Shown: piece by piece, positions 34,360-43,920 of the stretch
Numbering within the stretch: the first letter of the stretch is position 1
Layout: each line of letters begins with the position of its first letter
Assembly: GCA_963715765.1 (NCBI GenBank)
Contig: OY970270.1
Span: 1,361,412-1,425,411, forward strand
Direction of reading: 5' to 3'
From: an uncultured Solirubrobacterales bacterium
GTDB taxonomy: Bacteria > Actinomycetota > Thermoleophilia > Solirubrobacterales > Solirubrobacteraceae
DNA length: 64,000 bases
Notes under the pieces: generated by a model
Databases searched by the model: none
What the model saw: the letters and a program-made list of their open reading frames with translations, nothing else
What the model was told of the DNA's origin: nothing
Made by a program: the position numbers and the translations under genes

Positions 34360-35763
34360 CTAGGCACGGTCCCTGCCAATGGCGATCCGGACCAGCGCGC
34401 CCAGGTTCTCCGAGGTCAGTGTCACTGCGCGTGCTGCCGGCGATAGACCTGCGCCACGAGGCAGCCGCACACGCAGCGCCCCGGGCAACGATGCGAAATG
34501 CAACGGCGCCTCCAGCACCAGCGCCTCGCCGTCGAGGCCGACCTCGACGGGGCCGCTGGAGCGGACGTCGAACTCCCGCGCAGACCAGGACAGCAGGCCG
34601 GAGTAGCGCCCCGCCTGGCCAACCAGCTCGAGGGCGACGAGCTTTGAGATGTCAGTGCCCCGCACCCGGGCGGCCACGATGCCGAGCAGGCCCGTATCGA
34701 TCCGCTCGCGTGTGCCGGCGCCCGAGAGGTGCGTGAGCTCATACGGGTTATTCGACACCAGAACGAGCGGGGCATCGTCGCAGTCGGTCCCGTCCGGGCC
34801 GGTGAACTCGAGGTCGATCGCCTCGGCGTCTGGGCCGAGCAGGTCCGGCAGCATCTCTGTCCAGGTCCCGAGCTTGGCGTCGCGATAGGCCCCGGACTGT
34901 ACGACCTTCGCGTAGACGCCGAGCGACGCGTTGTTGACGAACACGCGGTCATTCACACACGCGAGGTCGATACGTCGCTCGACGCCGTCGGTGAACGCGT
35001 CCAGCGCACCCACGACGTCATCCCGGTCGAGGCCTAGGTCAAGCGCGAAGTGGTTTCGCGTTCCCGCCGGAATGCAGACATGAGCGATGTTCCGCCGGGC
35101 GGCGACCGTCGCCACGAGCGCTTGAGACCCGTCACCTCCAGCCATTCCGATGACCTCCGCACCGCGCGCGATGGCGCTCTCGGCGAGATGCAGCAGATCA
35201 TCGCCCGGCTGAAGGACGATCGGCTCGATGCCTCGCTGCCGAGCCTCACCGGCGAGATCGAAACGCTCCGCCTTGCCGCCGCCCGACTTCAAGTTGATGA
35301 TCAGCGCCCCCGTGCCGGTGGCACCCACCGGCACGACCTTGGCGGCCATCCTTCCGAGTGCTGGCTGCCCAGTCCGTCCCAATGCATACCGCGCGGCCAA
35401 TCCGAACAGAGCGAGCAGCAAGAGCAACGCGGCCAGTGCCAGTACTCCTTGCCAGTGGGTCGCGAGCACCACGATCAGGCCCGCTCCAGCGAGGACTACG
35501 ACCACCGCGCCGAGGGCGCGCCGCGCGCCGCCCTCTGTCAAGACGAACCAGATGGCGGCGTTTACCAACAGGACGAGTCCGACCGCGAGCACCGCAATGG
35601 GGATGTCACCCGCAAGCACGACGGCGGCTACCACGACCATCACAACGGGCGTGACGAGCGCGAGGATTGCGGCGATGCGCCGCAGCATCGGGCGCTGCGC
35701 GGCCCAGTCTCGAGAAGTCACCGACCTTCTGGGCATGCTGATCATGTTCTCAGATCCGTCCAC
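34360..35763 (-). CDS. Diacylglycerol/lipid kinase family protein (YegS/BmrU type) with an N-terminal multi-TM domain
   Basis: ALIINLKSGGGKAE...VIGMAGGDGSQALVATVAARRNIAHVCIPAGTRNHFALDLG, preceded by about 4 TM helices. Confidence 0.8.
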   Translation of the reverse strand: MDGSENMISMPRRSVTSRDWAAQRPMLRRIAAILALVTPVVMVVVAAVVLAGDIPIAVLAVGLVLLVNAAIWFVLTEGGARRALGAVVVVLAGAGLIVVLATHWQGVLALAALLLLLALFGLAARYALGRTGQPALGRMAAKVVPVGATGTGALIINLKSGGGKAERFDLAGEARQRGIEPIVLQPGDDLLHLAESAIARGAEVIGMAGGDGSQALVATVAARRNIAHVCIPAGTRNHFALDLGLDRDDVVGALDAFTDGVERRIDLACVNDRVFVNNASLGVYAKVVQSGAYRDAKLGTWTEMLPDLLGPDAEAIDLEFTGPDGTDCDDAPLVLVSNNPYELTHLSGAGTRERIDTGLLGIVAARVRGTDISKLVALELVGQAGRYSGLLSWSAREFDVRSSGPVEVGLDGEALVLEAPLHFASLPGALRVRLPRGAGLSPAARAVTLTSENLGALVRIAIGRDRA

Positions 35764-35925
35764 CGCATCGGGCTCTGGGGCTTGGCTTGCGCAGGACTAC
35801 CGAAATGGCTCCGGGTAATTACCGATGCAGCTCGGTTTGCTCTGTTTACAGTGGTGCAGCCTGCGCGCCGTCGGCGCCGCAGCGAGCGCGCACCGGCGCC
35901 TCGTAACCCGCCTCGGTGGGTTCTC

Positions 35926-36546
35926 TCAACTCGATCGCCTCGAGTATGACTCGATCATCTCAACCACAGTCTCTTCGGCCTGGGGGCGGCTGAGCTGCAT
36001 GTCGAGTCGCAGGAGCTTCCACACGAGCACGTCCGTGGCGATGACGACGGCCGTGAGCCGGCGCTCTCTGGATACGCGCCGCAGGCCGACGAGCAGCGGC
36101 TGAAAGACCCTGCTCGCCCAATCGCGGTGGTAGTCCCTGCCCTTGTCGGTGAGGTAGCGGACCGCGGGGATGCGGTCCTCTTGGGAGAGCATGCGCAGAA
36201 TCGCCGTTCCGTGCGCCTCGTAGTGGTCGAACACATTGGCGACGGCCTCGGGGAAGCGGCCCACGGGAGCCGCATCGCGGCGTGATATCTCGCTCATACC
36301 CCACCATCTGTACGCCGCGGTGAGCAACTCGTCCTTGGACTGAAAGCGCGCGAGGAGCGTCTGTTCGGTGACGAGCGCCTCGGCAGCGATCTCGCGCAGG
36401 CGAACCTCCTCATACGGTCGCGTGCCGAAGTGCTTCCACGCCGCGGCGAGCAGCCGCTCGCCGGTCGCCGCGGCCGCATCGGCGCGGGCGGTCATCCGAT
36501 AGGTGCGTTCCTCGCGCGGTCCGCTTGACTTTTTCATCTGTGTCAT
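35926..36546 (-). CDS. TetR family transcriptional regulator
   Basis: GERLLAAAWKHFGTRPYEEVRLREIAAEALVTEQTLLARFQSKDELL is the HTH. An alternative start at ATG 36495 is more compatible with a promoter region. Confidence 0.8.
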   Translation of the reverse strand: MTQMKKSSGPREERTYRMTARADAAAATGERLLAAAWKHFGTRPYEEVRLREIAAEALVTEQTLLARFQSKDELLTAAYRWWGMSEISRRDAAPVGRFPEAVANVFDHYEAHGTAILRMLSQEDRIPAVRYLTDKGRDYHRDWASRVFQPLLVGLRRVSRERRLTAVVIATDVLVWKLLRLDMQLSRPQAEETVVEMIESYSRRSS

Positions 36547-36554
36547 ACTAAGAT
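36525..36554 (+). promoter_or_regulatory. Sigma-70-like promoter candidate TTGACT-N18-TAAGAT for the glycosyltransferase gene
   Basis: TTGACT at 36525-36530 and TAAGAT at 36549-36554. The ATG at 36562 lies 7 nt after the -10, suggesting a leaderless mRNA. The inverted repeat TCATCT...AGATGA (36533-36555) spans the spacer and -10. Confidence 0.4.
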
Positions 36555-37863
36555 GAAGTATATGAGAGTGTTCCAGACGCTCATCGCGTTCAGCGGCAAC
36601 GCTCCACCGCAGCTCGCGCTCACACGTGAGCTCGTCGACCGCGGTCACGAGGTGCGGGTCCTCGCCCACCGCGCCGCGCGCGAGCGGATCGAGAGCACTG
36701 GGGCAGAGTTCGTCGAGTTCCGGCGGGGAATGCCCGACCTCGACATCACGCGCCCGGAGACCGACCCTGTACGTGACTGGGAAGCGCGCACGCAGCTTGG
36801 CGCCGCGAAGCGACTGCGCGATGGCGTGATCGCGCCGATGCCCGATGGGACACGCGATGCGATCGAGGCGCTCGAGGGCTGGAGCGCCGACGCGGTCGTG
36901 TTCGACTGGCTCATACCGGCTGCCGCGATTGCCGCTGAGCTCGCGGGTGTGCCAGCCGTCGCGCTCGTTCACTGCCCCTATCCACTACCGGCTCGCGGCG
37001 CGCCCCCGCTGTTCAGTGGCCTGTCGCCGATGGCGGGTCCGTTGGGTGTCGTGCGCGATCGTCTGTTCGATCGCATGACCCGCCGCTTCTGGGCGCCCGG
37101 ATTGCCAGTGCTAAACGGTGTCCGTGCCGAGTATGGGCTCGCCCCGCTGAAGGACTGGGGCGACCAGGTCCTCGGTGCGCGGGCCGTCTACGTGATGACC
37201 GCGCCAGAGCTCGACTTCTCGAGCAAAGCCCAGCTCCCTGCGAACGTCCACTACGTGGGCCCCGCGTTCGAGCCGTTCCAGAAGGACTGGGAGTCGCCGT
37301 GGCCCGAGGAGAACACCGACCCGCTCGTGCTGCTCAGCTTCAGCACCAGCTACATGGACCAGGGCGCGCTCGCCCAGCGAGCGCTCGACGCCGTCGCCGG
37401 GCTGCCGGTCCGGGCGCTGCTGACAGCGGGCCCCGCGCTCGACGCCAGCCGCCTGCGCATCCCCGCCAATGCGCGCACCGTGGCTTTCGTGCCACATCGA
37501 ACCGTGCTCCCGCACGCGTCGCTCATGGTCACCCATGCGGGATGGCAGACGGTCAACGCGGCGCTCGCCGATGGCGTTCCGCTCGTCTGCATCCCCGATG
37601 CGCGCGACCAGCCCGATAACGCCGCCCGCGTTCTGTTCGTGAAAGCCGGCGTGAGGGTCAGCAAGAAGAGCTCCCCCAGCAAGCTGCGCAGCGTGATCGC
37701 CAACGCCCTCGAAGACCAGTCGATCAAACAGGGTGCCCGCGCGATGGCCGACGCCCTCGCTCGCAGCGACGGCGCCACCGTCATGGCCGACGCACTGGAG
37801 CGCCTCCCTGTAAGCAACGTCGTGAAGGCAACTGCACCCCGCGGATCACCCGCAGCAGGCTGA
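36553..37863 (+). CDS. GT1-family glycosyltransferase (MGT/UDP-glycosyltransferase type)
   Basis: MRVFQTLIAFSGNAPPQLALTRELVDRGHEVRVLAH...VPHRTVLPHASLMVTHAGWQTVNAALADGVPLVCIPDARDQPDNA. The start may be 36562. Confidence 0.85.
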   Translation: MKYMRVFQTLIAFSGNAPPQLALTRELVDRGHEVRVLAHRAARERIESTGAEFVEFRRGMPDLDITRPETDPVRDWEARTQLGAAKRLRDGVIAPMPDGTRDAIEALEGWSADAVVFDWLIPAAAIAAELAGVPAVALVHCPYPLPARGAPPLFSGLSPMAGPLGVVRDRLFDRMTRRFWAPGLPVLNGVRAEYGLAPLKDWGDQVLGARAVYVMTAPELDFSSKAQLPANVHYVGPAFEPFQKDWESPWPEENTDPLVLLSFSTSYMDQGALAQRALDAVAGLPVRALLTAGPALDASRLRIPANARTVAFVPHRTVLPHASLMVTHAGWQTVNAALADGVPLVCIPDARDQPDNAARVLFVKAGVRVSKKSSPSKLRSVIANALEDQSIKQGARAMADALARSDGATVMADALERLPVSNVVKATAPRGSPAAG

Positions 37864-37901
37864 GAAACTGCTCGACCCGCGTCTCCGCCGGTATCTCGCT
37901 C

Positions 37902-39011
37902 TCATCCCACGTGTGCAGATTTGCCAGCAGCAACCGAGCGGCGGCTGGCGGGCGTGTGCCGGTGGCCTGGCGCGATGGCGATCCGCATTGCGTGCATTCG
38001 CAGGATTTGTTCGCAGTCGGTGTACTCCATCTGCATCGTCGTCAGGTGACTCGCGGCGTACTGCAACGCGGCGACTCGCAGCCGCCGATCCAGACGATGG
38101 CCATACTCGCACTCGGCAGTGGCGAGCCGCGCTTCGTGGTGCAGCCGGACCGCCGGCGAGCACCTGATCTGTGGCGTACAGGTCCCGCCCCAACCGGGCA
38201 CGTGATGGGTACCCGCGTGCGCGCTCGCGGCCTGTGGGCGTGAGGCGGCGATTGCGACCGAATGGCCCGCCTGACCTACGAGGAGCAGACCGGACGTCAG
38301 CGTCGCGGTGCCGATGGCGGTCGCGAACATCCCGGTTATCCCATTCGCCGATAGCGAAAGCTTGCCGGCGAGCGCCCGGTGGGTCGTGAACCTCGCTAAG
38401 CGTCGCGAGATAAGCAGGAACGGGGCGGCGAGCGCGTGCAGTGGCGAACCCTCAGCCAGGCCGCGGCGAGCACGATGAATCAGCGTCTTGATCGCCGAGA
38501 CGGTGGTCTGCTCGCGACTGGCGAGCTCGCGGTAGCTGCGACCTTCAATGGCGTGGCCCACCAGCGCGTCGCGCTGACGCACCGGCAGGGCTCCAATCGC
38601 TCCCATCAGCCAATCAAGCGACTCGCGCTGCTCGATCGCCTCCGTCGGCGTCGGACCGCCCGCGACGGAGTGGTACGCCTCCAGTGACGCCGGGGGCTGG
38701 GGCGCACGGGCAGCATTGATCACCGCGTTGTGCACGATCGCAAACAGCCACGCTCTCGTGTTCTGCGGTCTAACGCCCGCCGCGAGGTGGCGATAGGCGT
38801 TCAGGAACGCGTCCTGGAGCAGGTCCTCGGCCAGCTCGCCACGGGCCCCGAGCTGGCGGTGTGCGTAGCGCAGCAACTCGGGACGGTGCGCATCCACGAG
38901 CGCACGAAACGCATCGTGCTCGCCGGTAGCGGAGGACAACATTTGCACCGGACCGGACCCGCTTTTGCCCGTGGCGGGAGCGCTCTGAGAGATTGGTGTT
39001 GGCGGCTGCAA
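37902..39011 (-). CDS. ECF sigma factor fused to a TM helix and a ~150-aa C-terminal Cys/His-containing domain
   Basis: Region 2 is FRALVDAHRPELLRYAHRQL...LLQDAFLNAYRHL...TRAWLFAIVHNAVIN. Region 4 is LPVRQRDALVGHAIEGRSYRELASREQTTVSAIKTLIHRARRGL. Then the TM helix ITGMFATAIGTATLTSGLLLVGQAG and a tail with CTPQIRC...AECEYGH...YTDCEQ. It is one uninterrupted ORF; the start may be ATG 38942. Confidence 0.7.
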   Translation of the reverse strand: MQPPTPISQSAPATGKSGSGPVQMLSSATGEHDAFRALVDAHRPELLRYAHRQLGARGELAEDLLQDAFLNAYRHLAAGVRPQNTRAWLFAIVHNAVINAARAPQPPASLEAYHSVAGGPTPTEAIEQRESLDWLMGAIGALPVRQRDALVGHAIEGRSYRELASREQTTVSAIKTLIHRARRGLAEGSPLHALAAPFLLISRRLARFTTHRALAGKLSLSANGITGMFATAIGTATLTSGLLLVGQAGHSVAIAASRPQAASAHAGTHHVPGWGGTCTPQIRCSPAVRLHHEARLATAECEYGHRLDRRLRVAALQYAASHLTTMQMEYTDCEQILRMHAMRIAIAPGHRHTPASRRSVAAGKSAHVG

Positions 39012-39148
39012 GCGTTTGTCTGTTCGATCTATGGTCTATGAGACGCAGTAGACGTGCAAATGTTGCGCAACCCATCGGGCGCCAATGGCAGGACCGTCCA
39101 CTCCAGAGAAATACCGGACTCTCGAGGGTGGCGTCGCGGTACCGCTCG

Positions 39149-40501
39149 CTACCTGTAGCGCGTCAGCACCTCGCAGATGCGGTCAGTGCCCCAACCGATC
39201 TCCCGCGCAGGCACGCGCTCGTCCGCCGCGTGAATGAGGCTCGCGAACTTCATCTCCGCCGGAAGGCGCATCGGCAGAAAACCATAGGTCTGGATTCCAA
39301 GCCGGGCAAAGAACCGACCGTCGGTGAGGCCTGGCATGAGCATCGGCAACGGCACGGCGTGGGGGTCGGCGGTGGTGAGCACCTCGCTCAGTAGCGGCAT
39401 CAGGGACAGGTCCACCCGATCGGATACCGGCTCATAGCTCATTGCCTCCAGCTCGAGGTCCGGGTCTTCCGCCAGCTCACGCAGCTCGCGGAAGAGATCG
39501 TCCGCGGTCTGCCCAGGAAGCAGACGCCCGTCCAGCTCGAGTTGCAACTCACTCGGGATCACATTGACCTTGGTGCCGCCTCGCACGACAGTGACGTTGA
39601 CGGTGTTGTGGAACATCGGATCGAGCGTCTGGCCAGCCTCGCCGAGGATGTCGAGTGTCGCGTCGGTGCGCTCGGGGTCAAGTAGCCCGTCGGCAAGCTC
39701 TCGCCCGCCGGCGGGTAGTGCAGCCGCCACCGTCTCGATCATCGACCGTGGAATCTCGGTGACGTGCACCGGAAGTCGCCTTGCATCCAACGCGCTCAGC
39801 AACCGGGCAAGCTTTGCCATCGCACCGCCGCGCATCGGGATCGAGCCGTGGCCGCCGGGCCCGCGTATGGTCGCGCGCGACCAGCACACCTGCTTCTCAC
39901 CCACCTGAATCGGATAAGCACTCAGACCCGCCATCTCGGTGCGCGCACCACCAAACTCACCCAGCGCGTGCTTGACGCCCTCGAACAGCTCAGGGTGCTC
40001 CTCAACTACAAAGCGTGCGCCGTACGGCCCCAGATTCTCCTCATCCGCGAGCACGCACAACAGCACGTCGCCCGGTGGGGGCTCAGCGGACTCGGCGAGC
40101 CGCAGGATCGCCCCGAGCATCATCGCCACACCGCCCTTCATGTCCAGGGCACCTCGGCCCCAAATCTCGCCCTCGATCAGCTCAGCGCCGAACGGATCGT
40201 GACGCCAGCTCTGGCCGTCTGTCGTGACCACGTCGACGTGACCCTGGAGAAGGAGTGGCGGCGCGGCCCCCCGACCTGGCAGCCGCGCCAGCAAGTTGGG
40301 TCGCGCTGCGTCCTTGGCCAAAATCCTTGTCAGCAGGCCAGCCCGGTCGCAGAGATCCTTGATCCACCCAGCGCACTGAGCCTCGTTGCCGGGTGGATTG
40401 GTTGTGTCGAACCGGATCAGCTGGCGCAACAGCTCGACAGGATCATGCGGCACGGCGCCGGACCATACCGAAAGCAGACCCAGCTCGTGGGTGTTTTGCA
40501 C
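39149..40501 (-). CDS. M20 family metallopeptidase (ArgE/DapE/dipeptidase type)
   Basis: LIRFDTTNPPGNE...LLLQGHVDVVTTDGQSWRHDPFGAELIEGEIWGRGALDMKGG. Confidence 0.85.
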   Translation of the reverse strand: MQNTHELGLLSVWSGAVPHDPVELLRQLIRFDTTNPPGNEAQCAGWIKDLCDRAGLLTRILAKDAARPNLLARLPGRGAAPPLLLQGHVDVVTTDGQSWRHDPFGAELIEGEIWGRGALDMKGGVAMMLGAILRLAESAEPPPGDVLLCVLADEENLGPYGARFVVEEHPELFEGVKHALGEFGGARTEMAGLSAYPIQVGEKQVCWSRATIRGPGGHGSIPMRGGAMAKLARLLSALDARRLPVHVTEIPRSMIETVAAALPAGGRELADGLLDPERTDATLDILGEAGQTLDPMFHNTVNVTVVRGGTKVNVIPSELQLELDGRLLPGQTADDLFRELRELAEDPDLELEAMSYEPVSDRVDLSLMPLLSEVLTTADPHAVPLPMLMPGLTDGRFFARLGIQTYGFLPMRLPAEMKFASLIHAADERVPAREIGWGTDRICEVLTRYR

Positions 40502-40599
40502 GCGTCAGCGCGCTTGAACACTCACCCCTGAGCGCAAAGCACTGATCGTCGTCCAGATACAACGCCCAGCCTGCCTCACCTGAGCCGACATGCATTCCG

Positions 40600-41283
40600 C
40601 TAGGAGGCCACGCGGGCTACGGCTCCTGATGTGGCTGTCTCGTGCGATCCCAGCATGTCCCGCATCGCCTCGCGCACGAGCTCGGCGAGCTCATCGATGG
40701 GCACATCACCCAACAGTCCCTCTGCGCCTACGAGCGCGCCTACGATTGCGCTGAGTGAGCAGACCATACGGACGCGCTTGGCGAGGGGAATGGCGGGGCT
40801 CTGCAAGATGCGACGAAAGAGCTGCTCGATGTCGTCGTTCTCGGCACGGTGGCGCTCGTTGTTCGCGAGCTCCTGGAGTGCGTTGTAGTTGCGCTGGTGC
40901 AATAGCACGAGCTCACGATTCTCGAGCACCTGATCGATGAAGTGGTCGACGAGCCCGGGCCACGCGTCCGCGCGCTGTTGTCCGTCCTCGAGGCGCTCGA
41001 GCTCCTCGAGCCCCTCCCTACCGAGTGCGTGCAGACGCAGGTGCAACTCGAGCAGGATGTCCTGCTTGCGCTCGAAGTGGTAATAGAGCGCGGCCTTCGT
41101 GATGCCGAGCCGTTCAGCGATGTCGCGCAGCGACGTCTTGTCGTACCCCTGGTTGGTAAACAGCTCGAGTGCGACGTCGAGGATGCGCTCCCGTGTCGAG
41201 CAGGCGCTGTCGCCGCCTCGAGGCTGTGCTGCAGAGTGCGCGTGCGCTCGTGTTTGGCTCCTGGGCTCGCTGGTGGTGGGCAC
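40600..41283 (-). CDS. TetR family transcriptional regulator
   Basis: [47 protein letters not shown]. Confidence 0.88.
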   Translation of the reverse strand: MPTTSEPRSQTRAHAHSAAQPRGGDSACSTRERILDVALELFTNQGYDKTSLRDIAERLGITKAALYYHFERKQDILLELHLRLHALGREGLEELERLEDGQQRADAWPGLVDHFIDQVLENRELVLLHQRNYNALQELANNERHRAENDDIEQLFRRILQSPAIPLAKRVRMVCSLSAIVGALVGAEGLLGDVPIDELAELVREAMRDMLGSHETATSGAVARVAS

Positions 41284-41294
41284 GCTAGTAGCTT

Positions 41295-41350
41295 ACTTGA
41301 CGGCCGGCAAGTTATGTGTATCCTGGTTGCTTGCTTGTCGACCGGTAAGT
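41295..41350. promoter_or_regulatory. Two related 18-bp operator-like boxes in the TetR/ABC divergent region
   Basis: ACTTGACGGCCGGCAAGT (41295-41312, 16/18 palindromic) and GCTTGTCGACCGGTAAGT (41333-41350) share 14/18 positions. Positions were checked against track ORF 41099..41359. Confidence 0.5.
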
Positions 41351-41367
41351 AATCTCTAGGAGCTGCC

Positions 41368-42366
41368 GTGACACACGATTTGATGATCCAGGCCCACGGC
41401 CTGCGCAAGCGATTCGGGCCGACCATCGCACTGGACGGGATCGACCTGGAGGTGCCGGAAGGGTCGATTCTCGGGGTACTGGGCCCCAATGGCGCAGGCA
41501 AGACGACCGCGGTGCGCATCCTGACCACACTCTCGATCCCCGACGATGGCTCGGCACGTGTCGCGGGCCACGACGTGGTCAGCGAAGCGGATGAGGTGCA
41601 GCGCAACATCGGCGTCACCGCACAGGACGCGACCCTCGATGAGGTTCTGACCGGCCGTGAGAACCTTGTGATGATCGGACGCCTGAGCGGCCTGCGCCGC
41701 GCGCACGCACGCACGAGAGCGAGCGGGCTGCTCGAGCAGTTCGACCTCACCGACGCAGCCGATCGCATCCTCAAGGAGTACTCGGGCGGGATGCGCCGGC
41801 GCCTTGACCTCGCGGCCGGACTGGTGAGCAGACCGCCGGTGCTGTTCCTCGATGAGCCGACGACGGGCCTCGATCCCACGAGCAGGGTGCGGATGTGGGG
41901 TGTGATCAGGGGGCTCGTCGCTGACGGTGTGACGCTGCTCCTGACGACGCAGTACCTGGACGAGGCAGACGAGCTCGCCGACAGGATCGTTGTGATCGAC
42001 CACGGACGGGTGATAGCTGGCGGCACCGCCGCCGAGCTGAAGACGCAGGTCGGCGGAGCGCGCCTCGAGCTCACGCTGAGCGAGCCGAACCCCTCCGCCG
42101 CCATCGCGCTCGAACCGTTCGTTGCGGGTAGCGTGCACGTCAGCCACGACGGCCGTCGTCTGCGCGCGCCCGTGCGCAGCGCCGGCGGCTTGGCGAGCAC
42201 AGTCGTGCGCGCCCTCGATGAGGCGGGGATCACCGTCGATGACGTCGAGGTCCGCCAACCCTCACTCGACGACGTGTTCTTCGCCCTCACCGGCCGTCCC
42301 GCCGAGGAGATCGACGACGCACACTCCGAACAAGCCGACCCAGACCTGGAGGTCGCTCGCCTATGA
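41368..42366 (+). CDS. ABC transporter ATP-binding protein (DrrA/ABC-2 type)
   Basis: Walker A GPNGAGKTT, signature YSGGMRRRL, Walker B VLFLDEPTTGLD. GTG start with AGGAG upstream. Confidence 0.9.
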   Translation: MTHDLMIQAHGLRKRFGPTIALDGIDLEVPEGSILGVLGPNGAGKTTAVRILTTLSIPDDGSARVAGHDVVSEADEVQRNIGVTAQDATLDEVLTGRENLVMIGRLSGLRRAHARTRASGLLEQFDLTDAADRILKEYSGGMRRRLDLAAGLVSRPPVLFLDEPTTGLDPTSRVRMWGVIRGLVADGVTLLLTTQYLDEADELADRIVVIDHGRVIAGGTAAELKTQVGGARLELTLSEPNPSAAIALEPFVAGSVHVSHDGRRLRAPVRSAGGLASTVVRALDEAGITVDDVEVRQPSLDDVFFALTGRPAEEIDDAHSEQADPDLEVARL

Positions 42367-43250
42367 GCACGACAACCGCACCCACGCCCCTTAGGCCCAC
42401 TTCCGAGTCCCCCGCGTCTGTCGCGCTTGCCGGGAGACCGTCGAGATCGCGCCGACTCACCCAACGGCTGCGCGACGTCGCGGTGCTCACCGGGCGCAAC
42501 CTGACGCACATCAGACGGGAGCCGCTACAGCTCTCAGACGTCACGGTTCAGCCGGTGCTGTTCACGCTGCTGTTCGTCTACGTGTTCGGCTCCGGGGTCG
42601 TACTGCCCGGCGGCGGCTCCTACAAGGACTTCGCGATCGCAGGTCTGCTCGCGATGAACCTCACAACCTCGGCGATGGGAACCGCGGTCGGGTTGAGCAC
42701 CGACCTCGGCAGCGGCGTGATCGACCGCTTCAGGACTCTGTCGATGTGGCGACCGGCGGTGCTGGTCGGACGCTCGCTCGCCGATGTCCTAACCGCTGCG
42801 ATATGCGCCGCATTCGTCGCGGCGACCGGTCTTCTGATCGGCTGGCGACCCGACGCCGGCGCCGCGTCCGTGATCGCCGGCTTTGCGATCTTCCTGCTGT
42901 TCAGCTACGCGCTCTCGTGGGGCTGCGCGTGCCTGGGCATGGTCAGCAAGAGCCCAGAGTCAGCTCAAGGGGTTGGTCTCGTAATCCTCTTTCCCCTCGC
43001 GATCGTCTCAAACGCCCTAGTCCCGACCGAGCACATGCCGGCACTGCTGCGGACGATCGCCGACTGGAATCCGGTCAGCGCGGTCACCACCGCCTGCCGT
43101 GAACTGTTCGGCAACCCCAACCCGTCGGCGAGCATCCAAACCTGGCCGATGCAGCATGCGGTCCTCGCCTCGCTGATCTGGTCGCTCGCGCTGATAGCTA
43201 TCTTCGCACCTCTGGCGAGCAGGCTTTATCGGAATCGCACCACCGACTAA
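42363..43250 (+). CDS. ABC-2 type transporter permease
   Basis: Six TM segments. ATGA overlap with the ATPase gene. The LTHIRREPLQL motif is typical of DrrB-like permeases. Confidence 0.85.
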   Translation: MSTTTAPTPLRPTSESPASVALAGRPSRSRRLTQRLRDVAVLTGRNLTHIRREPLQLSDVTVQPVLFTLLFVYVFGSGVVLPGGGSYKDFAIAGLLAMNLTTSAMGTAVGLSTDLGSGVIDRFRTLSMWRPAVLVGRSLADVLTAAICAAFVAATGLLIGWRPDAGAASVIAGFAIFLLFSYALSWGCACLGMVSKSPESAQGVGLVILFPLAIVSNALVPTEHMPALLRTIADWNPVSAVTTACRELFGNPNPSASIQTWPMQHAVLASLIWSLALIAIFAPLASRLYRNRTTD

Positions 43251-43307
43251 GCATCAGCAAGAGCGCGACACAATCTCTCCGGCGTCGGTGGACCAGTGGT
43301 CCGACCG

Positions 43308-43877
43308 TCAGCTTGAGGCGGTGTGCGCCACTATGAGTGCGCGTGCCGCCGTCCTGCCTGCCTCATACATGTGGGGAACGTCGGCGGGGAAGGAGGCGTA
43401 GTCGCCACTCGCCAGCTCGCTGATGCGCTCCATCGGACCGGCGATCAGCTTGCCCCTCAGCACAAGCACACCCTGACGCGAGCCTGCGGCGCGCGGAGCT
43501 TGCTCATAGAGGTAGCGGGCGGGTAGGTCAAGCTCGAAGACCTCCACGCTCCCCCACGGTGTCGTTGAGGAATCCAACAGACGCGGGGCCACGCCTTCGC
43601 TTCGCTGCTTCCCCGCTTCAGCAGCCCGGACTATGCGCACCTCCCCGAGCTGCGCCTGCTCGAGCAGTTCGGAGATCGACACACCCAGCCCGCCGGCCAG
43701 CAGCGCCAGCGTGTCCACAGTCGGATTCCCGTGCCCATTCTCGATCGCCGAGACTGTCGCCTTGCTCATCGAGGTAGTGCGCGCAATCTCCGAGAGCGAG
43801 AGGTGGCGGGCAACGCGAAGACGGCGCAGATTCGCAGCCAGCAGCACTTTGACATTCTCAGAGTCTTGAGCGGTCAT
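43308..43877 (-). CDS. XRE-family HTH regulator with a C-terminal cupin domain
   Basis: LAANLRRLRVARHLSLSEIARTTSMSKATVSAIENGHGNPTVDTLALLAGGLGVSISELL, followed by a cupin-like ...GDYASFPADVPHMYEAG. Confidence 0.82.
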   Translation of the reverse strand: MTAQDSENVKVLLAANLRRLRVARHLSLSEIARTTSMSKATVSAIENGHGNPTVDTLALLAGGLGVSISELLEQAQLGEVRIVRAAEAGKQRSEGVAPRLLDSSTTPWGSVEVFELDLPARYLYEQAPRAAGSRQGVLVLRGKLIAGPMERISELASGDYASFPADVPHMYEAGRTAARALIVAHTASS

Positions 43878-43920
43878 TATAGTAAACGGAACGTTTGATA
43901 TATTAGCCTCAGCACGCGAT

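Noticed and set aside
31269-34360. tRNA-Val-linked genomic island
   Set aside because: I saw no integrase or recombinase gene and no repeat of the tRNA 3' end downstream. Only the accessory enzymes and one decayed gene point that way.
40740-42509. 589-aa minus-strand ORF
   Set aside because: It spans the TetR gene in another frame and is antisense to the ABC ATPase gene. The composition is Ser/Arg/Thr-rich nonsense.
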